DNA from: Nitrosopumilales archaeon
GTDB taxonomy: Archaea > Thermoproteota > Nitrososphaeria > Nitrososphaerales > Nitrososphaeraceae
Direction: 5' to 3'
Assembly: GCA_009665115.1 (NCBI GenBank)
Contig: WJXE01000001.1
Location: forward strand, 1 to 61,905
Length of the DNA: 61,905 bases
Part shown: one piece after another, positions 54,422 to 61,905 of the stretch
Layout: each line of letters opens with the position of its first letter
Position numbering within the stretch: the first letter of the stretch is position 1
The notes under the pieces: generated by a model
What the model was told of the DNA's origin: nothing
Seen by the model: only the letters and a program-made list of their open reading frames with translations
Database searches by the model: none
Made by a program: the position numbers and the translations under genes

Positions 54422-55954
54422 CTATTGGGGCTCTATCGTAGCTGGTGGTTTGCTTGAAACTGCATACGTTACCCAGGAGACATCTTCGACTTCGTTTGTA
54501 ATTCTATCACTCATCTTACCAATTATTTCGTACGGCAGCCTAGTCCAATCTGCAGTCATTGCGTCGATGGATTCGACAATTTTAATTGTCGCGATATGAC
54601 CATAAATACGCTGATCACCCAAAACCCCTACCGCCCTGTCATCTCCCACTGAAGCATATGCCTGCCATACCTTATGATAGAATCCGGCAGCATTTAATTC
54701 ATCCTCAACTATTTTACTAGCATGTCTGGTAATTCGTATCTTTTCACGTGTAACTTCTCCGATTATTCGGACAGCTAAGCCTGGACCGGGGAACGGATGT
54801 CTTTGCAGAAATTCATTTGGAACACCCAGCAGTTTCGCAACACGTCTAACCTCATCCTTGTACAAAGTCCTTAATGGTTCTATTGTCTTTAAATTAAGCC
54901 ATTTCGGGATCCCCCCAACGTTATGGTGAGTTTTGATAGCCGACGCAGGCCCTTTTGATACTCCGCTCTCAATCACGTCTGGATAGAGCGTTCCCTGAGC
55001 AAGCCATTGGAAAGGTCCGTTTTTTTTTACCACGTCCATAAACACCTTTGCAAACTCTTCACCTATAATGCTGCGTTTCATCTCAGGATCGCAAACTCCT
55101 TTCAACTTTTGAAGGAACTGTTTTTCTGCATTCACGTAAATCACTTCCGATTGCAGGTAATCTTTGAAAAGCCCGGTTACCAAGACCTCTTCATCTTCTC
55201 TTAGTAACCCGTGATTAACAAAAACACACTTCAGATTTTTGCCTATAGCCTTGTCAAATAGTGCTGCAACAGTCGTGGAATCGATACCTCCACTAACGGC
55301 ACAAAGTACTTTTTCATTTCCAACCCGTTGTCGAATGTCCTCAATGGTTGATTCTATAAAACTTTCCATGTTCCACGAAGGCCTTGCTCGGCTGATCTTT
55401 TGCGAGAAATTTTTCAGTATCTCACTTCCATACTCTGTGTGAACTACCTCAGGATGAAATTGGATTCCATAGAGTCTCTTTTCTTGATTTGCTATAGCAG
55501 CTGAGAATGAGTTCTCCGTATGACCTAAAATTTCGAATCCCTCTGGGAGGTTCTCAGCAGCGTCTCCATGACTCATCCAACACTTTATCTTACTGTCAAT
55601 TGTGCTGAACAGATCGCCCTTATTGTCAATAATTAGGTCAGCGCGACCATATTCTCTAGTACTTGTTTTTTTTACTTTTCCACCAAAATGGTCTATTATC
55701 AGCTGATATCCATAACAGATTCCCAAGATTGGAATCCCTAACTCGAAAATTTCTTTATCAGGTTTTGGCGAGTCATTGAAATAAACGCTTGCCGGTCCCC
55801 CAGAGAAAATAATTCCATTCGGACGTATTTGTTTTAGTGCTTTAATGGATGTGTTATAAGGTAATAGTTCACAATATACATTTATGTCTCGAATTCGTCT
55901 ACAAATCAGGTTGCTATATTGGGAACCAAAATCCAAAACGACTATATTGTCCAT
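54422..55954 (-). CDS. guaA: GMP synthase (glutamine-hydrolysing)
   Basis: DFGSQY, GICYG, QFHPEV, SGGIDS, KTHHNVGG and KPPATIE. Confidence 0.98.
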   Translation of the reverse strand: MDNIVVLDFGSQYSNLICRRIRDINVYCELLPYNTSIKALKQIRPNGIIFSGGPASVYFNDSPKPDKEIFELGIPILGICYGYQLIIDHFGGKVKKTSTREYGRADLIIDNKGDLFSTIDSKIKCWMSHGDAAENLPEGFEILGHTENSFSAAIANQEKRLYGIQFHPEVVHTEYGSEILKNFSQKISRARPSWNMESFIESTIEDIRQRVGNEKVLCAVSGGIDSTTVAALFDKAIGKNLKCVFVNHGLLREDEEVLVTGLFKDYLQSEVIYVNAEKQFLQKLKGVCDPEMKRSIIGEEFAKVFMDVVKKNGPFQWLAQGTLYPDVIESGVSKGPASAIKTHHNVGGIPKWLNLKTIEPLRTLYKDEVRRVAKLLGVPNEFLQRHPFPGPGLAVRIIGEVTREKIRITRHASKIVEDELNAAGFYHKVWQAYASVGDDRAVGVLGDQRIYGHIATIKIVESIDAMTADWTRLPYEIIGKMSDRITNEVEDVSWVTYAVSSKPPATIEPQ

Positions 55955-55956
55955 TT

Positions 55957-56691
55957 TTACTTTCCGCCATCCTTTTCCATCATCCTTGTTAGAACCCAGG
56001 TGGACGTGTTGAAAATCTCGTTAAGGCGGTCTTTTTCACGGTAATTGCTGATCATAATCTTTTTTATCAGAGTACCATCCTTTTCTTCAATCTGATAATT
56101 CAACGATTCAGATTCTTGGATCTCGCCCCGGTTTACCTTTTCAATATCTCTCGCTTTCATTCCTTCCAATATTCTATTCAGAAAGAATGACTTAAATGGC
56201 TGGGTATTGACGTTGAGATTGATTCCATCAACAGGCGTGATTTCCACTCTAGTCGGTGACAATGTGGCAGTGGCGAGCACAAGGTTATCTTTGATACGTC
56301 GGAGTTGTCTAACTTCCGTGAAACTTGTTAATGTGTTATCCTGTTGTTCAGCTGTTGGAACAACGACTCTTCGTATGGCATTTATGTCATTGTTATCATT
56401 ACCCGCAGCCTCCCGATTTTGTTGGTAGCCCACAATAGTTGAAGATTCATCAGAGGGCTTTATTGTCGATGAAGAGGTAACTGACTCAAGACTGGCAGCA
56501 GTTTTGAAGCTGCCCCGTTTCAACAACATATCGACAAGGAACAGCATGGTGCGTAACCTTTCGATTTCCTCTTGTTTATCAGCGACCTGTTTAGTAAGCC
56601 ATTCACGGATATCGGCGGCACGTCTAACGACCTCTTCAGAGTAGCTGGACATTGCAAGCATTTTGCCACAGAAGCTATAATAGTTTTTCAC
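55957..56691 (-). CDS. Conserved hypothetical protein
   Basis: Coiled-coil N-terminus; PF.SFF..RIL and NYRE..RL.EI..T..W; upstream of guaA. Confidence 0.75.
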   Translation of the reverse strand: MKNYYSFCGKMLAMSSYSEEVVRRAADIREWLTKQVADKQEEIERLRTMLFLVDMLLKRGSFKTAASLESVTSSSTIKPSDESSTIVGYQQNREAAGNDNNDINAIRRVVVPTAEQQDNTLTSFTEVRQLRRIKDNLVLATATLSPTRVEITPVDGINLNVNTQPFKSFFLNRILEGMKARDIEKVNRGEIQESESLNYQIEEKDGTLIKKIMISNYREKDRLNEIFNTSTWVLTRMMEKDGGK

Positions 56692-56889
56692 ATCGAGAGC
56701 GGATAGAGCAGAGAAAATCTACTTTCCTAACTTGGGTCTTATGCTTCTCTTGTTTAATTCTAGTAACTTAATTCTGCCTGCCGGATAATACAATTGCTAC
56801 GAATGTCTATAGAAAACAGCCGAGTGATTCCTCTTAGGACCGCTAGGATCACGTCCAATAGCTTTTTTCACATCCTACCACTTTGACGA

Positions 56890-57621
56890 CTAATCATACT
56901 GAATAGTCAAGGAGGTAAATCCTCTGATGGGCCTTTGAGATGTGTCGAACAATCGTGAATGAGACCGTTTGGCAAGAATTTCTAAAAGTCGTTTACCAAC
57001 TTTCATCTTCTCCTTTTTTAATTCAATATTCTTTACTATCTTTTTCGAGTGCTCGCCGATACGATCACCAAACTCCATTCCTACGAGGACAATTTCTTTG
57101 GCTCCAAATTCATCTGCTAAAAACACGCATCGATCGCCATCCGTAAATCCGCCAAAGTTATAGACGTTCTCAACAGGCATTACTTGAGTAGATCCGATCA
57201 CGCGCTTGAACGTCGGCACAAGTTTCTTTAACTCTTCAACATTATCTCCATGGCTATGAACCACCATGATTGCACCGGCTCGCTCTGCCTTTCGCAAAAA
57301 TAATGCGTCGCCGTCCAAGTCGGTAACGACAATATCTGGCGTGATGTGGTTTTCAATCAGAGCTTGGCTCGCCCCATCTGCTACTATCTTGACGAATTTT
57401 CGATTTTTCTTTATAAATTTGATATTTGAGATTAAACTATCTCCAGCACCTATCGCCATGACATGCCTTCGAGCTATTTTCCTTTGCAACACCTTAATGT
57501 CGATCGTTTTCTTCTTTATCATTTTAGACAGTATGTTGGCAGCTTCTTGATCCTTTTCTGTACTATATCCAAATTGCTGTCTAATATCCTGGTAATACGG
57601 GAACCAATCTATGAACCTCAC
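56890..57621 (-). CDS. mptE: 6-hydroxymethyl-7,8-dihydropterin pyrophosphokinase (DUF115)
   Basis: GAG.S, ADGA, VTDLDG, HSHGDN and GGFTDGDR. Confidence 0.9.
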   Translation of the reverse strand: MRFIDWFPYYQDIRQQFGYSTEKDQEAANILSKMIKKKTIDIKVLQRKIARRHVMAIGAGDSLISNIKFIKKNRKFVKIVADGASQALIENHITPDIVVTDLDGDALFLRKAERAGAIMVVHSHGDNVEELKKLVPTFKRVIGSTQVMPVENVYNFGGFTDGDRCVFLADEFGAKEIVLVGMEFGDRIGEHSKKIVKNIELKKEKMKVGKRLLEILAKRSHSRLFDTSQRPIRGFTSLTIQYD

Positions 57622-57958
57622 ACCTAGATTCCATCCAAGTTGTTAATAGGTTGTTTGTTAGATAAATTATTATTCATAAAGTTCGACTCACATTCTCGAA
57701 TAAATAAGCAACAGAATTTATATTCCAACTTCTAGCTATGGGCTGAGGATTGCAGACATGTCTAATGACAAATGCTGCATGCATATTAAATCACACCTAT
57801 TCCGGCTGCCTACTCTTATATCGCTAAGAGATTAATAATTTCTGCCACCAGCCACCTTCGCTTCAATAAGACCGAAAGTTACTGGTGAACTCGCCCACAG
57901 AATAAATAAATTATTATAATGCAACAGTTATAACGAAAAGGGTCGGTTAATACTCTAT

Positions 57959-58561
57959 ATGGAAAGCCGGAAACTTACAAGAATGCCAATCCTGCCCGGG
58001 GATCAGATCGCATCCATCGAGGAATTCGAGGCCGGGAAATATGCCTATGTTTCAGATGGGACTATAAGATCGACTTCAGTTGGAACTAAAATTTATGATT
58101 TCAAAAAGCGCATAGCGAAGATCGAGAAAATTAATTCTCCTATATTACCGAGAATTGGCGACATCATAGTAGGCTACATCGAAATGCTGTTTGGCAGCAT
58201 GATGTCTGTAAGAATACTTTACATAAATGAGAAGAAGTCATTCTCCGGTTTTTCTGCCATAGCATCAACTAGGATAAGTACACCTGGCCGTGAACGAGAT
58301 CGGAGAAGCCGAATAATATTCCGGGTGGGCGATATCATTAGGGGACGCGTAATAAGTTTATTGAATTCATCCATCCACATAACGATCGACGAAAAGGAAT
58401 TTGGAGTCATCTACACCCTATGCTTCAATTGTGGTGGGGGTACGGTACGAGTAAACAACAAGACCATAAAATGTATCGAATGTGGAATAAATGAAGACCG
58501 AAAATTGACAATTGATTACGGAGAGGAAGCGTTCAGATTGGTTCATCGAAGTGGGAGGTGA
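57959..58561 (+). CDS. csl4: Exosome complex RNA-binding protein Csl4
   Basis: LPGD.IA..EEF..G, S1 domain, and C..C...C..CG..E.RK zinc ribbon. Confidence 0.93.
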   Translation: MESRKLTRMPILPGDQIASIEEFEAGKYAYVSDGTIRSTSVGTKIYDFKKRIAKIEKINSPILPRIGDIIVGYIEMLFGSMMSVRILYINEKKSFSGFSAIASTRISTPGRERDRRSRIIFRVGDIIRGRVISLLNSSIHITIDEKEFGVIYTLCFNCGGGTVRVNNKTIKCIECGINEDRKLTIDYGEEAFRLVHRSGR

Positions 58562-59390
58562 TTTTGTTGCCAGAGGTGAACGGGTTGCGTTTCAAGGCGA
58601 ACCCGGGGCTTACAGCGAAATGGCAACGATTCAGTATTTTCGAAACTCAAATCTTGTACCATTAAAGTCCCTCCAGGATGTATTTGATGGATTGAGTCAC
58701 GGTGACGTAGATTTCGGTGTAGTCCCGATTGAAAACTCAATAGAAGGTAGTGTAAATGAAACCTATGATCTGCTATTAGATACGCGTTTTGTAGTATCCG
58801 GTGAAATCTACCTGAGGGTTAGACATTGCCTTATCGTTAATAAGGGCGGAGGTTCGAATATTAGGTCGGTATATTCACATCCACAAGCTCTTGCCCAGTG
58901 CAGACGTTATTTACAAGAAAGGAAACTAGCGGCCGTTGCAGCCTACGATACGGCTGGTGCCGTAAAAATGATCAAACAAAAACAGAATATGGAAGTAGCT
59001 GCGATTGCCAGTAGCAGAGCTGCAGAGTTATATGATATGCATATTTTAGAAGAGGGAATCGAGGATAATAAAAACAATTTTACAAGATTTTTAATAATAT
59101 CAAAAACACGAACAACGTCTACTGGTCATGATGGCACATCCATGATATTTTCAGTCAAGCATATCCCAGGTGCCCTTTACAGTATTTTGGAGGAATTCGC
59201 AAATCGAAAGATTAACCTTACGAAGATAGAATCGCGCCCCAAAAAGGAAAAACCTTGGGAATATAACTTTTATGTGGACTTTGAAGGCCATATTGATAAT
59301 AAAATCATTAAGGAGGCTGTGGAATCAATTAAAAAGAAAGCTGCATTTATCAAAATCTTGGGATCTTATGAAAGAGCAGAATTTCTTTGA
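58512..59390 (+). CDS. pheA: Prephenate dehydratase
   Basis: FQGEPGAYSE, PIENSIEG, SHPQALAQC, N.TRF and LTKIESRP; real start probably near 58551-58567. Confidence 0.96.
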   Translation: MITERKRSDWFIEVGGDFVARGERVAFQGEPGAYSEMATIQYFRNSNLVPLKSLQDVFDGLSHGDVDFGVVPIENSIEGSVNETYDLLLDTRFVVSGEIYLRVRHCLIVNKGGGSNIRSVYSHPQALAQCRRYLQERKLAAVAAYDTAGAVKMIKQKQNMEVAAIASSRAAELYDMHILEEGIEDNKNNFTRFLIISKTRTTSTGHDGTSMIFSVKHIPGALYSILEEFANRKINLTKIESRPKKEKPWEYNFYVDFEGHIDNKIIKEAVESIKKKAAFIKILGSYERAEFL

Positions 59391-59853
59391 CAATGGCGGT
59401 TTCTTATTTTAAGCCCAAACCCGGCTACAATCATGCCTGTGGCTACCAGTATTAGTTGGCCGCTAAGGGCAATTATATTTCCCTTAGTCTCTGCGTGCTC
59501 TCCTATTGTTAAGACAGAGGCACCGATATTCTTAATTTCGATTGTATACTGCCATTCTTTTTGAGCATGAAGGTCATACCGAAAACTTGAGATGTCGCTT
59601 TCGCGATTCAATGAGTCGTTTGTTGGGATCTGTGATAACTATGTTGAAGATAGATCCATTCAGAGTAACGCCTGCTGTGCTCCCTCTATTCATCCGGCGT
59701 CAGTGTATCGGTTAGTCCGTGTCTTAGTGTTCCATTAAGTGGTACATCAACAGGAGTTAGTGTGTAAACACTAGAAGCAATTCCAGCAGGTATAATGACA
59801 ATTCCGGCAGGCATCAGTATGCGATATACTGATTTCGTGCTAAGATCAGGCAT
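59366..59853 (-). pseudogene. Membrane-anchored hypothetical protein broken by two frameshifts
   Basis: MPDLSTKSVYRILMPAGIVII... / MNRGSTAGVTLNGS... / ESDISSFRYD...GLKIR pieces in successive frames. Confidence 0.5.
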
Positions 59854-60022
59854 AGAATAACTTAGGTAACAATATGATAAATCGATCTAGCCAGCATGAC
59901 GGCCATTGCTTGTATTAATAGTGATCTTGAGCCTGCCACTTTGGTGAGTCATGTACCTTTTGTATTGGACGGAGTTTTGAATATCATAAGATTTAAAGGA
60001 TGGAAAAAATTACTCCTTAATT

Positions 60023-60310
60023 ATGCCAAAGAAACGAGCTAGCAGGGGCAGGACAAAGGGCGGAAAGGGTAGCTCTGGCACTGTCCATTGCAGTCAATGT
60101 GGCGCCATGGTTCCTCGCGACAAAGCGAAAAAGGTAACGGGTCGGATTACTTTGGTTGAACCTACCCTTGCGAAGGAGCTTAAGTCACAAGGGGCATACA
60201 TAGCACCGTCGACAGATGTAAAATTCTATTGCGTCTCTTGTGCAGTCCATAGGGGCATAGTTAAGGTGAGGTCAGAGTCAGACCGACGTACGACTGGCAG
60301 ACTGCGATAA
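60023..60310 (+). CDS. rps26e: 30S ribosomal protein S26e
   Basis: MPKKRASRGR, CSQCG..VPRDKAKK and YCVSCAVHRGIVKVR. Confidence 0.97.
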   Translation: MPKKRASRGRTKGGKGSSGTVHCSQCGAMVPRDKAKKVTGRITLVEPTLAKELKSQGAYIAPSTDVKFYCVSCAVHRGIVKVRSESDRRTTGRLR

Positions 60311-60901
60311 CTTTTTTGATGTTGCAACAATTCTGTGAATAACTGTACAAGCTGCAACGATTGAGACGAGCATAACTGCCCACTGCATTGCATTGGCAAT
60401 TGGTAACAAGCTCACTATTGCAAGTATTAACAATCGTTCTGCTCTTTCCCCAACACCCAACCCTGCCAAATCGACGCCGAGTGATTCCGCTTTCGCTCTA
60501 ACGTAGCTCACAAGTAATGACAAAGACAATGCTACCATGCACCATATCGGTTCAGCAAGGTTTCCTACGGCTATTCCGATGAATATCACAGATTCAGATA
60601 TTCTATCGCCTGTCGAATCAAGAAACGATCCTTTCGGAGACAACTGCTTTGTCTTCCTAGCGACACTCCCGTCTACTATGTCAAAAAAACCTCCGATCAG
60701 GAGCAGAAGGCTGCCGATGACCGGTAAATAAAACCATGAAAAGCCTGCCGTGAATGCCCTCGTCGCATACACGATCCCAGCTAATGTTAGAGCACAGAGA
60801 CTTAAACAAGTCCAACCGTTAGCAGATACTCCCGTAGAAGTGAAAACCGTACCGACTTTTTCCAGAGTTGGATTCAATAAGTCCCTAATTTTATTGAGCA
60901 A
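60278..60901 (-). CDS. CDP-alcohol phosphatidyltransferase (archaetidylinositol phosphate synthase-like)
   Basis: D..DG..AR......S.KG.FLDS..DR signature; SYVRAKAE and ERAER. Confidence 0.92.
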   Translation of the reverse strand: MLNKIRDLLNPTLEKVGTVFTSTGVSANGWTCLSLCALTLAGIVYATRAFTAGFSWFYLPVIGSLLLLIGGFFDIVDGSVARKTKQLSPKGSFLDSTGDRISESVIFIGIAVGNLAEPIWCMVALSLSLLVSYVRAKAESLGVDLAGLGVGERAERLLILAIVSLLPIANAMQWAVMLVSIVAACTVIHRIVATSKKLSQSASRTSV

Positions 60902-61157
60902 ACGGCTATAATACAGATAGAGCTGTTGGAATAATAAATTTTGTAGACAGTTCTTGCTAGATACATTCGCAAAAACAATGCAAGGGAACGATTTTTAGCA
61001 AAAATCATCAGATTTTGAAATTGCATCACTATTTATTATATTATAGTCACGATTCCATCGTCTATAGTCGCCAAACATAAATTTTAATAGTGAATTATTT
61101 ATCGTCTTTTGTTTCTTAATTCTTTAATAATCATACTTCTCGGATATTACGAGTTAG

Positions 61158-61905
61158 TTGCAGAAAATTAATGAAAGGCAGGCATACACACCATCTAGGT
61201 TCGAAAAGGTACTAGTTGTTGGATTAGGACAGTTAGGACTTCCTGTGGCAAAGTATGTGAAAGAGAGAGGATTTGACACATATGGATACGACATTAGTGC
61301 AAAGGCAATGGAACGGGCTGAAAAGATAGCAGGAATAAAGAAAGCTGATGATGCTACCTTTAGTAGTAGCGAACTTAACGATTTTGATGTATATATAATA
61401 ACCGTTTCTACACACAGGCCCGATGATATGTTCTCACCTCAAATAGACGGTTTAGTATCTGTAGTTGAGAAAATTTCGAGGGAAGCAAAAAAGAATGGAG
61501 CACTTGTATCAATAGAAAGTACCATTCCTAAGGGGACATCGAAGAAAGTATTTGAAATGTTAAGCCATAGATTACATGTAGTTCACGCTCCACATAGATG
61601 GTATGCTTTAGAAGAAAAGGTACATGGTGTAAATCAGTTGCGTGTAATAGGAGGAGTATGTGATTGTTGTATCAAGGCAGGTATGCAATTTTACGATGGA
61701 GGAGCTTCTCATTTGAATTCTTATTCTTCATTTTCATCTCTAGCTTCTTTATCTTCCTCCTCCTCTTCCTCAGCACCACAACACCATACTAATAATAATA
61801 ATAATAATAATAATTATAATGAAATGAGTCTGGGGATCCCTATGCATCCAGTAACAGAAATTGAAATTGCGGAAATAACCAAGGTCATTGAAAATGCACA
61901 CAGAT
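61158..61905 (+). CDS. Nucleotide-sugar dehydrogenase family protein (partial, runs off the window)
   Basis: Read manually from TTG 61158: KVLVVGLGQLGLP, IESTIPKGT and AEITKVIENAHR. Confidence 0.85.
   Translation, partial: MQKINERQAYTPSRFEKVLVVGLGQLGLPVAKYVKERGFDTYGYDISAKAMERAEKIAGIKKADDATFSSSELNDFDVYIITVSTHRPDDMFSPQIDGLVSVVEKISREAKKNGALVSIESTIPKGTSKKVFEMLSHRLHVVHAPHRWYALEEKVHGVNQLRVIGGVCDCCIKAGMQFYDGGASHLNSYSSFSSLASLSSSSSSSAPQHHTNNNNNNNNYNEMSLGIPMHPVTEIEIAEITKVIENAHR
61791..61814 (+). repeat. (AAT)8 microsatellite encoding poly-Asn
   Basis: Direct reading; in frame within the dehydrogenase, preceded by a Ser-rich tract. Confidence 0.9.

Noticed and set aside
1-61905. Many 60-150 aa ORFs overlapping or antisense to the called genes; also searched for tRNA, rRNA, CRISPR and transposases
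   Set aside because: The overlapping ORFs are shadows of well-supported genes, and I recognised no such RNA genes, arrays or mobile-element proteins

Overview
Archaeal chromosomal window. Gene content (RpoE'/Spt4, Rpo6, Rpo11, TFS, two TFBs, PCNA, aCPSF1, Csl4, S8e/S25e/S26e, EndA, cupredoxin, Zn-ferredoxin) and protein style point to an ammonia-oxidising archaeon (Nitrososphaerota, probably Nitrososphaerales). It is mostly housekeeping: NAD, pyrimidine and purine synthesis, transcription, translation and RNA processing. I found no tRNA, rRNA, CRISPR array or intact mobile element. The main finding is in carB (carbamoyl-phosphate synthase large subunit). A 22-nt insert (30936-30957, minus strand) interrupts the conserved GEAGE|FDYSG motif, adds a stop and shifts the frame. 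It folds into a bulge-helix-bulge (BHB)-like structure whose canonical cut sites restore the motif exactly, so it is a candidate endonuclease-spliced mRNA intron in a metabolic gene. Weaker signals are a possible second BHB element 5' of carA, a malonyl-CoA-reductase-like double SDR, a structured intergenic RNA candidate, an egtB remnant next to egtD and a catalytic-motif deletion in hom. Several 1-2 nt indels elsewhere may be sequencing errors.
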